A stretch of 64,000 nt of DNA from Takakia lepidozioides (Eukaryota > Plantae > Bryophyta), in the NCBI GenBank assembly GCA_030704615.1, contig CM060731.1, positions 30,566,001 to 30,630,000 of the forward strand, in the 5' to 3' direction. The notes under the pieces were generated by a model. It searched no databases. It was not told the DNA's origin and was given only the letters and a program-made list of their open reading frames with translations. Made by a program: the position numbers and the translations under genes. Below are positions 40,559-53,500 of the stretch, piece after piece. Position 1 is the first letter of the stretch. The number at the start of each line of letters is the position of its first letter.

Positions 40559-43168
40559 ATGGCGGCCATGTTGTCGCTGGTGCAGCCATCGGCAGCATTC
40601 GTAGCTCCTGCCACTGCGGGAATTGGGTTACAGAAGCGGAATTCAAGTGAATGTAGCTCACAAGGTTCGCTGGTGTCATGTTCATGGCACCTGACCTCAA
40701 GGATCCGCAGGGGAGCGTCACGTAGAGTATCCAGAATGGTGGTGAGATCGCAAGAGGAAGGACTTGGAAGCGCGGCAGGTGCTGGGGGTGATAGTGTGGT
40801 TAGCGAGGTTGCTGTGTTAGAAGACGAGCCTGACACGCAGGGGGTTGGGAATGTGGCGACCAAGGTACGGAAGCCATCGCCCTTGCAGAAAGGAGGTACA
40901 TTGGAGGGCGAGCAGGCGGAGGGTAAGGATCCAAGTGCTTCGACGTTGGGGAAGGCGCGGCCGCTGCGGGGGTCCGGAGAGAAGTTTGAGGATCCGAGGT
41001 GGAGGGGGGGAACGTGGGACATCTCACAGTTCACCAGCGACGGAAAGGTTAACTGGGATGCCGTCATCGACGCTGGTATGTTGTTTTTGCTCTTTATTGT
41101 TCCACTTTCTCTGTTGGTTGTTAGCTGGAGTGGGAAAGCAGAGCCACTGAAGTTACTTTGTTGGACAGATTCTTGGAGAAGTGTGGGAGTAGACTCGTTT
41201 GTAACAGACCTCTGGGGATGTTTTCTAGACGTCTTGAGCGTCATTGTAGAGCTCACAAGTAAGGCAGCATGCAATGGCGAAAGTTGAGCAGGATCTCTGC
41301 CATTTGTCCCCCTTTCATTCTTCCTTCTGTTCACTAGAAAATTTTAAGGCATACTCCATGGATGTTAGCTTTTTGCGTGGTATCGTCTCTGCATTGCAAG
41401 GTAATGGGCGTGGGAATGGAACTAATGGAAGGATGACTGGGTGCCTGAGGGCTCTTATTTACCCGAGTGGATGTTGATTTCTACTCATATGTTGCACGTC
41501 AAAACTATGTGCGGATGCAGAGAAGCCTAGCCTGCTTCTTGTCGATTTAGACTATGCATGAGCTCACCAGAGTTTCAAACCCTCCCTCGCGGATGTGCAT
41601 TCAGACACCCTCTGTTGGGGCACAATTACATGCCACATTGCCACCCAATGCCTCTATTTATGATTTTTATAATCCTTTGATCAGCCCAATATAAACCCTT
41701 GGGAACTTGAAAGGAGAGCATTGTTAGTCAAGTAGGTGAGACTTTATTGTATTCCATGTAGACTTCTATAAGAGGACAAGAACGAACAGTATGGTGGGTG
41801 ATATCTTTGTGCCAACAAACAGCTACCGGAATCCTATGAGTGAATGAATGGGGTGTTTTAAGGTTGATCAGAGGTCGTTTGCATTTAAAGAGATTAGTCA
41901 GGACATGCTAATGAACTCGTCTGACTGCCACATGGGGCAGAGGTGGTGAGGAGGAAATGGTTGGAAGACAATCCGGAAGCCTCAAGCAATTCCGAGCCAG
42001 TGTTGTTTGAGACATCAACAGTCCCATGGTGGGCGTGGGTGAAGCGATTCCACTTGCCAGAGGCAGAGCTCTTGAATGGTTTGTTTAACCATTCCATCCA
42101 TCTTCCCCTTCTGTTCCTGCTCCTTCTCTCACCCTTTCCCCTGGCTTTGAAGTGTCCTATTATCAACTTTCGCCAGTGACTTGCTCTTTTATTGTTGGAT
42201 TCAATGACACAGTTGGTGGCTATGAATCCTTTGGGGATAAAGAGGACTAGGGAACTCCAATTTTGCAAGTGATCGTCATTCTTTGGCAGGCCAGATGCCA
42301 TGATTGAGAAGGAGATTATGACTCAAGAAAGTAGATTTCACTGAGTGTCTGGGAAAGGAAACAGGAAGGTCATGTTCACTGTCGTTCCGATCTGGCGGAT
42401 GGCTATGGTGAATTTGATTTACACTCAATCACCCTGAACCCAACGATAATGATGGGTGACAAGTGTTTCCATCATCACCAACTTGCCCCCTCACCCACTA
42501 TCATCTGGCAGTAGTGGCCTCCTGCGCCACTCACCAGGAGAGCGGACACCCAGTGTATGCACTAAATCCTTACGTGGCAAGCACATATTTGTTGGCAGCA
42601 AAAAGTGGGCAAAGTTATGGTCTGCAGATGGAAACCGTCACCTGTTTCTTGGCATTCTCCCTCAATTCAAAATAGTGGTTTCAGGTTTAGTGGGTGTAGA
42701 TGGAAATACACCCTTAGCTGTTGAGTTGTAACATGAAAGCTGATGATGGGGCATTTATTTGATACCTCGTTGCTAGTTTAGTCAAAGAAGAACGGGGCTG
42801 GAGAAGCCAAAAACAGAGGGAGGAACAATATTAACACAGGTAGAGGATGAGTAGTGTGTGTTAGGCGAGTGCTTCTCTCAAGCAGTAATTTGTGTTTGTG
42901 CATGGTTGGTGCAGGGCGAGCAGCGATGCTGGGGTATGCCGCTGCTTATCTGGTGGACAGTGCAACCGGGGTTGGTTTGGTTGACCAGAGCAACAGCTTT
43001 TTTGGGAAGCTGCTACTGTTCATCACAGTCGTGGGAGTGTTGTTGATCCGGAAAAACAGTGATTTGGCAAACCTACAAAACCTTGCTGATGAGTCAACAT
43101 TTTATGATAAGCAATGGCAGGCAACATGGAAGGATGCCGGAGACGCCAAGAAAACTGACAAGCCATAA
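40559..43168 (+). CDS. LIL3: Light-harvesting-like protein 3; exons 40559-41075, 41941-42078, 42915-43168
   Basis: Transit peptide, [56 protein letters not shown] (LHC motif) and [10 protein letters not shown]. Confidence 0.95.
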
Positions 43169-44548
43169 AAGGTTTAGTTGGAAGTTTTGACCCATTGCCT
43201 TCTCTCTTACTTGAAAGTCACTGTTTCACAATGTGAAAGCCTGTTACAATTAGTTCAGATTCTACACTGACAGGTTTGAAAGGACAGGTTCTGTGTTCCC
43301 TGTCCATTCTGAAACCAGCTTAGTCAAGCTATGCCAAAAGGCTGTGTGCTTGCATTCAGTCAGCACAAGATTCTTATCCTGTCTCTTGTGCAGTCAGGAA
43401 GATGGGCCAATGCAGTCTATGATCATACCTGTGCTAGATGTAAGATATGGCATACCGGGGCCCAATCCTCCACCTAATTTAAACTAATTGCATTCTACTT
43501 TTGACACCCCTAGTAAGTTGTGATGGGGTTGAAATTCATGTCCATTTGAAGAGAACAAAAAATTTAGTTCCAAGGGGTCTGCATCTTTCACTGACTTGAA
43601 CATTGACTGCTATAACCACAATCTCATTCAACCAGATTTCAGTCACAGGCATGGCAAGACTACCCAGGCAAGAGATAGGATATTCATCCAGAGGCAAATC
43701 CCCAACTGCCCCAGGGAAGAGTAGTACAACTGAATTAACAACCAAAAACAGCTGAGATACATGTGGCAGTTGTTTTGAGCTTGAAGATCAAGCTATACAT
43801 TTAAGCATCACTTGTATGGCATCAGGTGTAAGGTTTATCTTCACCAGTGGTCTGAGATGAGGATACAGTACCTTTGGGTATAAGCTTTGTAATACCACAG
43901 CTACCCTGACAACTAGTGCTCATGCCATGGGCATTCTTATCCTTATTCAACTTGACAAATTAGATGTCTTTAGTGACATAGTGAAACAATACTCATTAAG
44001 TGGAAGATGGCAAGTGCAAAAGAAGAAAATAAACTTTGCCTCTCAAGTTTAAAATCCTGATGTGTGAATAGTCAATCCCAAGTGCTCTAGATGCACTATG
44101 ACCTCACACTATATGATGTGTGAAGAGAGGGAAAATAGCAAAGGGTCAACGGCCACCCTTCACGAACAAAGAACAGATGCACACACGCACAGTAAATAGA
44201 AATACATGAAGTTTCTGGCTATGGCTACACAAGCTACAAGTCCCTTGCCTCTCTACTTCACTGGTTTAGCATCCTACCATCAAACATGAGCCCAGGATGA
44301 TGGGCTCTACCACTCCCACAATTGCTATGAATCCCTTGAGTACAAGATCTTGTAGTTGTCTGGGTGCTTGTCTCTATGTTTAAACCACCAAAAGACTTCT
44401 AACACAATTCAATTTGAGAAGAATGGGTGACAACTGACTATGGCTTCAAGAGGGAGCATAGGATGAGCCCAAACGACAAGAAAAACTCCCATTTGCTCAC
44501 CTCCCATTTGATCGCTAAAATTTCATCTTATCTTTGGAAATATAAGTG

Positions 44549-47500
44549 TTATAAGTAGGTCTTCGACTCTGGGAACTTCTCTTTGAATCTGGTGATGAGG
44601 TCTTTGGACACAGGTTGCTTACTGACCAGCTTCCTGGCATGTAGCTTGAGGCATGCCAACACCTCCTTCTCAAGGTCTACCAGCGCCAGGGCCCCTGTCA
44701 CCCTCCCATAGATCTCTCACAATGATTATCAACTTCTCAACATGTGCTCGTTGAGTAATGCACAAACAAAAACCCATGTGAATGAATGTACAATTTGCTA
44801 AACTACTCATTGGACTTTGCTTGCCGCAGGCTTTTGCAGGTAGATCCTTGCTTCAATTTGGAGCCAGCAGAAGTCGGGTGAGGGAGAGCAGCATGAGCCC
44901 TTGCTTGAACACCCTCAAACAAGTGAAGGTTAATTCTTGTTGGATTCCTCTAAAAAGAGATGTTTGCAGGCCATACAAAGCCCACCCAAGAATTTGGACC
45001 CAGAAACGGTCAGAATTTGGAGTTGTCCTGAGCCTCACAAAAGGTGAACAAAAGACAGTCAATTGGATATATGTAACAAAGGGAGAGACCAGATGTTGGA
45101 TGGATGGATGTCTGCTAGATGTCGCTTAGGCGATAGTACTGTTTTGCCTTTAATGCTCCCTCAGGAAAGGGATTGTAAAGCACCAGGGTAAGCACATACC
45201 AAGTTCAATCTCATGGCCATCCTCATCCTGGCCATTCTCAGCCTCTTCAATGGCCTCCTCTTGGAGCTCTCGGGCTGTCTGTGCATATCGCTCCAAAAAT
45301 TCATCTTCTGTTTCCTCATGTTCTTCGTCGGAATCCTCAGACTCCGAGTTCTGCAGAAATAAAGTCACTTGAGCATTGTAGATTTTGGCTGTGCACAAGT
45401 GCCAAGGCAGTTTTCAAGCATACCCTGGTAGTTGAAAAGAATGGAACTAGCACGCCAGGGTTGGTCTCCCTCAAAGATGATACCCACAGGGTAGGTCATT
45501 TGATCACAGGGCACTGTTCAATCTTGCTGGAGCTATAGTAGGCTGCACATTACTGGCTCTAAGAGCTATGGCACTTTCTTACTGAGATTGGTACCAACCA
45601 GGAGTCGTACAAGGAGAGCTCAATGGTCAGAAGAAAGTGAATATGCGTACTAACCAAGTTTACCTCTTCTACATCTTGTCTGTGTCTCCCTACCTTACAA
45701 TTCCACCCCCTGCTATCATCCTTTCCCATGTTTAAAGAGATCAGTCCCATGAAAGGAGGAAGAGCTAACAGGCAGGAATGGGTATTAGTATAAAAATAAA
45801 GCCATCTATAGGACTGAGGCAAGGATGAGCTTTTGAGAAATGGTGCAATGAAACGAAGAGGGCCTATAGCAAATTCAAAATCTTCCAACAGTACAAAGCA
45901 TACATCATTGCTTTCGTCATCGTCATCCTCTTCGTCAGTGTCCTCATCATCAGACCCAGATTCAGAGTCGCTGTCATCAGTTTCTGAGGATTCTAGAAGT
46001 TCTTTAAGGTCGACCATGCACTCCAGCAGTGACCGGAAGCAGTGATGTGCTACTTTGAATCCCTTGCGGCCGCGCACCATGTCATGATTCACCATGTCAT
46101 GATTCACCATGTGCTCCAATATCTTCTGCAATCCCATGACTGCCTCCCACCATTCCATCTCCTAGTCAGACTACCTGTGGTTCTACTGTCTTGTATCCCT
46201 TGGGACCACTAGCAAGCAGAGTGTGTTGGTCTACTCCCTTTCTCTCTGTACCGTTTCACATGAACAAAGCCTCAGCCTGTGCCAACAGGGTCTTTGATGG
46301 CATCTTTCCTCTTAGCACAGTAAAACCACAAACACGCAATGTCAACCTTTTGACTAAAGAACTGGGGGCATGACATACCAGCAAGCTTCATCTCTGACTC
46401 CAATGACAGGCCTGGGTCAGATTCACTTTCAGCTAACCCTGCCAGTGCCTCTGCCCACATAAGCAAGCCTTGACTAGCACCGTCCTCTATATTTGTACTG
46501 CCATCCTCTTCAGCCGACAGAATCTTCTCAACAGGTTCTGGGAGGATGACAAAGCACATAGTAATCACGAGAATTAGTGGCTTCGCCAATGGAACAGTGA
46601 CACTCGTCAATTGCTGCAGACGTCGTGTGGCGACCTCACAGAATCGGGGGACAAGAACTTTTGAAATCTCCTCACCCTCAAAGGAGAGTTGTGATGCATG
46701 CAAAAGAGCATGGGTGCAGCGGCATGCACGCCAGCAGGCATCGGGGTAAGCAGATTCAATCGCTGTGGTGATGAAGGTGACTAGACATTGAAGGATAGAG
46801 CGTGGAGCAACTTGAGGTGCTGGTGGGGGTGGAATTTCGGCCCTGGTAAAGTGTTGCATAGGATATCTGCCCTGGAAAAACATCCCCACAGATAGTCCTG
46901 GGTGAGCATAACAAAATGAAAGAGAAGTTTCCTAATATGGACTACAAAACAAAGGCTTTCATATGCAACAGCTGTTTCTGGGTCACTTCCAGAAACTGAA
47001 TAACTTTGGCTCACTCATTCTATGGACCACTTCATTATGGCAAGCAGCAACAATATCCTACAGAGTCTCTTCCTTTTCTTCTAGATCTCATATTTTGCCT
47101 CATGAAGGCTTCCTGTGGACATGAAACTTCTGTCTTCCTTCAGTTTACTCACACATCTTGAGGTGCATGGAGCACAGGAGAGGAAGGACATTCTCTCTCC
47201 TCGCTCAGATAGACAAGGGAATGAGAAACGGACCTGCAAATCAACAGCCTCCTTGACAGTTTCAAGGACAGGAGGAAGGAATTTGAAACGGACCTGCAAA
47301 GCAACGGCCTCCTCGATGGAGTCAAAGACCGCTTCATCTTCCTCTTCTTCCCATGCATTCCAGTCTGCTACAAGGTTTGCCCACACTTGCAGCAGTGGCT
47401 CTACTTTCATACTGGAAGCTGCAGTTGAATCTGGGGTATACCTCAGAATTGCCGCCAGCAGCACCGAGGCATCGCTCAAGCATGATGGTGGGGGTGGAGC

Positions 47501-50500
47501 TTGTGTTGGAGAACCCTCCTGCTGGTGAAATGTTTGTTATCAGGGGCTTTATGAATGGAGACAATGTGCCTAGCCTAAAACACCGACTGTCTGTTCTTAC
47601 TGTCACAAGCCATCCTCATTCACCTCATGAAAGAGGAACTGCACAATCATGTTTTAGGATGTGCCAATAGAGAAGTAGGAAATGCCTCGACCAAACCGCA
47701 AAGAATGAGAGAAGCCATTTGCACACCTGCGGGGGCATCAGCCAAGCCCTATGCAATAACTCAGCAAATGTAGCGGCCACAGTAGCACACCCAATCTTCC
47801 AAATGGCCAGTGCTTTTCCACCATCGTCGTCCTCATCAGGCTCTGCACTGTCCCACGTCTGGGCCAGGCAGGCGACTGCCGCAAATCCAAGCTCAACCAT
47901 CTGTAGAACATGGTGTTCTTGCTTTTAAGCAAAATATAAAAGTTTCACAACTAGCATATGACACACAGCAATGTCTTTTGATCTAGGCGTCCATAATATA
48001 TGCCAAAAAAAGAGCAGAAAAAGCCAGGGGAAACTCAAAAGTTGCAACTGCTTTTCTGAGGCACTACGACAGCCACTACGCTCTCTAGGAACCCAGTTCT
48101 CTCAAGTTATCTACTGGTAAGAAATAAACCACAAAAGCTTACAAGAAGACATGACTCCAGGAATAGAATTACAGCAAGTTAGTGGACTAGTGAGTGCCTT
48201 CTCATTGCAAGTTGAGAGTAGAAATACCTGCGGCCAGGGTTCAGGATGAGGAGGGATATGCTTGGATATTTCCCCTTGAACAGCAGCAGTGATGGCTGGG
48301 ACGTGGGGCGCTACATTGTCTTCCCCAGCCTCTGCTGCTGTAGCCAAAAGCTGCAAAGAAATGGTTGCCTCCCCCTCTTCTTGCATGTGTGCACCTGCAA
48401 CTGCAGCTTGTAGCAGCGGCAACCACTCAGTGGGCTTATACTCCTCCTGCCAAGTTCCAGGAAAGAGTGTTCTATAGTATTTCGGTAAACTTGTAATATT
48501 CCCAATGTGGTTTCAATGTGTATATGTTCTACCCTTCGATCTGATCAGAAAGATAAAATTCTGTATTAACCAAGCTTAAACAAAGCATGCTATCGAATGC
48601 AACATCATCATATCCAATTTTGAAACACCTCATGTCAATTGCCTTCTTGGACCTTATTTGCAAATTTTAATCCAATGAAAATAATCCAATGAAAATAATC
48701 CAATGAAAATACTTAGGCCTGAACATGACCTCTCTCCCTCCCTCTCTCTTGTAATCCCAACCTTGTCGATTCACAAAACCAGTACATGCACAGAAAAACC
48801 TAAAGAATACTCATGAGACGTTGAGGAAATCTAGTTTTAGCCCAAAAAGGTGATAAGAACATCTTTTTTTCAGCATGCTCATAAAGCTCCTGATTTGCAG
48901 AAAGCATTTGGCTTAACGGAGAGTGAGAGTAAGAACCAGTGGAACCTGAAGGAGTGAAGAGAGGGCTCCTGCAGCAGATGCTCGGACAGGTCGCCAGGAC
49001 ACTCCTCCAGCATTGGGTGCCAGTAAAGCCTTTAACAGGGCATTATACACCTCTTCACTCAATTCCTACTTCACAAGACGAATGACCATACCACTAAGGC
49101 ATATGATCATGGTAGAAACAAAACCAACTAGTTCATGTTCTAAGCATGTATCCCCAGAAATGTCTGTTAATGAGCTTTAAGGCAAAAATGGCAGGGAAAA
49201 GAAAAACCTGACCTAATCCTTATGCCTCAGCCTTGTGGCTGTAACATCTGGTTCAGACAGAACAGGAGAAAGAGAAGCTTCATAATGTTCGCAGAGCCCC
49301 CCCCCCCCCAACCAGGGCCCATGAGAAGTAGATGCAGAGGTGTTGGGGGTTGGCAGAATGGAACATTAGTGACTGACTGCCAGACCTCCATTTATTCACA
49401 AGTTTCGGGATTTTGCCAACTACTCACCAAGCTGAGGTCACGAATTGCTCAAGGCAGACAATGTTTTAATGTCCAGAATATTCAAAGTGAGAGCCTAAAA
49501 CAAGAAGGTAAATACAAAGAAATAAGTCTTTCCTTACAAGACTTACGTACCTCAGGCAGACAAGTAGCCAGCTCCCCAAGCAACCAATTGGAGTTGGCCA
49601 GGACATAAGGGGAGGGTGATGTCATTGCATACAAAGGAAACACTCGTGTTTGCAGCAAAATAGTCACTTTTTCAGTCGATTGTGTCTTCAGAAACTGCCT
49701 CGTTTCCAAACACACAAGCCAGTGATGATTCAGGCAGGTAGTCGATACTATTGAACCTTTAAAGTAGCAGTCTAGAACAACAGAGCCTTTAGCAGGAATG
49801 AGGCAAATTATATTTGTCTTTGGCCAAATTCGATATTATATGTTCTAAGGGCCGCTGGTTGTTGCCACTACTTACTTTAGGCCATGAATCATTAAGATTA
49901 CAAGAACTATAATCCTCCATCTGGAAATTGAGAAATGTGTCACACATTGTGATACAAAATACAAACGTATTGGCAGCCATGCCAAACTCCGGTAATTTGT
50001 AGATACTTGTCATCAAGATAATCCAGAGAGCTTCCAAAAGTCCACTAACCACGCAAGTATCCTACTCTCAATAGACAAGGTATTTTATTGATCATTAGTG
50101 CTCTTTGAGTGGGAGTCAGAAAACGCAATATATAGAACAATGAGTTTTCAGAGGCCAAGATCATGGACCTGTTGAAGACCACCATAGGCCATCATGGCAC
50201 CGAAGTAGCTGCAAGGAAGTAAACTCAAATATCACGTCATCTTGTCAGCAGGCAATCAGACACCTCTAGTCACTGCAGGACAGCTTCAATTTCTGAGTCT
50301 CTGCTTTTCAATGGATTGTACGTGGGCACAAAGTATGTAAAGATTTTCCATAACATTACAAGCTGGTACAAATCTCGTCAGAACATCACTCCCAGATGCC
50401 AATAGACTGCTAAGTAAAGCAAGAGACGAAGGTGCTTGACCGTTATGCACAGCGGCAGTGTTGAGAACATGCTGGTTGCATGCCTAACAGCCTCAATACC

Positions 50501-53500
50501 TCAACTCATCTTGTTACAAAATGTAATCCTATCCTGTTGGGTCTTATGTCCCTGGAAATATTCAGCAAAGATCAATGGGCTATTCCACAGAAGCTACAAA
50601 AGAGCATTCACTGTAGTAAATTCTTGCTTGAACAGTCCATGGTTAGACTAAGTCACAGAGGATGTAACTCATCCTACATGTTCTTTGTCATGTTGTTGCC
50701 TTTGCTTACGTCATACACACATGTTACAGTCGGCTATGTGCAACAGGTGAGCACAAGTGCCAGCCACATATGCCAGCACAAGCCTTACCAATATACTTTT
50801 AGGCTTCAAACCCATCCCAACATATGGTAGGTGACATGCCCTTATAATGAAGGTGCCTACATCCAAAGGCATGCATACACGCACAACTGAGGACAAGCTT
50901 GCAAGGGCACATATGACTGAGGACTGGGGAGTTCTATAGATTTTCTGCTCCAAGATTTGTGGGCTACTCTGAAACATGGCTGCTCTTCAGATTTCTCGGA
51001 GCTTCCAGTCATTAAAAAAAATCTTTACTCAAAATGCAGAGTAGTAAAATATTGCACCTAATCATTAAAGGAAGACCACATTATGAGGACACATAGTATG
51101 AGTGAGACATACTTGAGCACTATTTCTGAGCCTGGTGCAGTTCCATCGGGAGGAAGAGGGAACTGAGACAGAAAAGGCATCACCAAGACCTCGCCTGCTG
51201 TGCCCTGCCCATCTTTGCCTTTCCCTTTGCCTCCCTTCTTCCGTTTCATTGCAGCAACTTTCTTTGTCCCGCCTGCAGTCGGAGGTCCCTGTTAAACAAC
51301 AATACACATCATCTTGTTGAGAGTCTGGTGTTGGCGTTTTGTGTCTAGCAGAGGACAGAGTAAAGAAGGACTTACATCCATGGGAAGCCAAAGGACCTAT
51401 GGACAGAGTAGAACATTAAAAAAAAAAAAACTCCAAATGCCGCTCGGCAACGGGTGCATCATGCAAGATCAAAATAAGATAATGAAAAAGGAAAAAGGAA
51501 TCTCAGAGCCCAGACGACGTTTGGGAAACCACAACAGAAAACCCAAAAAGTAGAAGAAGAAAGATATTTCAGTCCATGGGAGGTCCAAAGGGAGAGAAGA
51601 AAAGATTAATTTTGCCCACAGGATATCCAGGAAGAAAATTTCTACATCAACAGGAGCCCAGAGGAGGAGAGAACACAGGAAGAAACTCATCATGTCCCCA
51701 GGAGGTCCAGAGGGACTGTCGGACTCAGTAGAACTAGAAGAGAAAATAAGTACCCATCAGGGAAACCAAATGGAGGGAGTGCTACATGCAGGTAGGCTGC
51801 TCCGTATTCCAGGTTCCCTTGGAGGAGGAAGAGACAGAAATAGAAAAAGAGAACTAGGAAAAAAGGGAGGGTGGAGGACGAAGAGCACATTCATGAATCC
51901 ATCAAATGATACGAGAAGAAACCTTGGCTGTAGCAATGAGACCCAGCAAGTTTAATGCGCTCTGTCGGGGAGTTAGCAGGTCTTCTTTCCACCCACTTGC
52001 TTCATCCTGTACCACAGTAACGTCTTCCAAAGATCAATGAGTTTCAAGCACGGAAACCTTTCCACATGGAGGAGAGAAAAGAGTGGCAAACATCTTGGTA
52101 CCAGATCAGAAGGAAGATTTTTTCGCAAGTACTCATCCTCGTCCTCCTCCCACTCCACCATATCCTGTAACAGAACCAAAAAACTTTTCAATCTCCTATG
52201 TCTACTTGTCCCATGGGCCAAGGCTGTGGACCTTATAAAGTTTCTTTCTTTGAGCTTCTTCAATGTCCTGTGGACGTTATAAAGTACGTTTCATTTCATT
52301 TCTCTCCTCCTTGTCATTGCTTGTCAAGTCCGCTGATAAGAATCACCACCAATATTGACCAAATAAAAATACACGCATCCTTCCAGAGATGTAATACTCT
52401 GTCTTGCATACTCACACACTAGCCTTTCCTTGAGATTTATCAAGAACAATAGTCAAATAACATCTGAACTAGTATAGGGTACCTTCTCCTTCATTTTGAG
52501 AGCAGGAAAGACTGCACTTCCCAACAAATTTGAAAAATGAGGTGCCATCAGACGCCATCCCTGCCATGCCAACATTGTTCCCATTTACATCAGGACCCTC
52601 ATTATTGTTCAGCATGGCCAAGGTAGGGTCATGCTCATGCTAGGAAGAAGGGATGGTTAACCTATTTCCACAATCCCCAATGCCTCGACGTACAGAATTC
52701 ACCAGGAGAACCTCCACAATTAAACAATTCCATTCGGCCGCTTCAAACGTAAGTACGTCAGTAAATAGCCTTGCATTAGCATATAAACAACACACTCAGG
52801 GGACTCTTGATTGTTACATCTCTGCACAGCTAGTTCACTGTTGTTTAGAGATTCCGAAACACGCATTATAACGTAGTTTTCCTTTTCATAATACCACATA
52901 GCAATGCTCTGAAACTATCAAGAAAAATGGGCGTAAAATTTCAGGATCATGGTCTTAAGGTAAGTAAGCCAAGGAACACTTACAGGTCCAGTCTCTAGAA
53001 TGTTGGACACCACATCAAACGATAGTGATACAACCCGCTCTTGCATTGGATGAAGGTCCTGCAAAATTCATATCCACATGGACGAGATACAAGACTCTAT
53101 AAGCTGACAGATGACATTGCAAGTAAAGTGAGACCATAGATCATTGGCCCATGTACTGTACATGTTCTCAAGTAAAATTTTGTTTGGCTGGAGTTTTAGC
53201 AGAAATGATTAGGTATGTATCCAAAATATCTTCTTGAAGGTGTGTTGTTACCTTGGCACTTGCGCTTTGCGCCACAATTTTAAGAGCGATATTGGACATT
53301 GGAGGTAGATACCTACAGCAGTCACCCATCCAAGGGTGTAATCAGGTATGTCCATTGCTTACAGACATCACTAATCAAGCCGAACCAAAATATCCAAGAA
53401 AGGGCATCAAGACTTGAGCTTCTATCAATGTCCTCAAAAGACCAATGAGCAATTCTTGCATGCATTGATGCCTCTTCTTTGCACAATCTACTAGACACTC

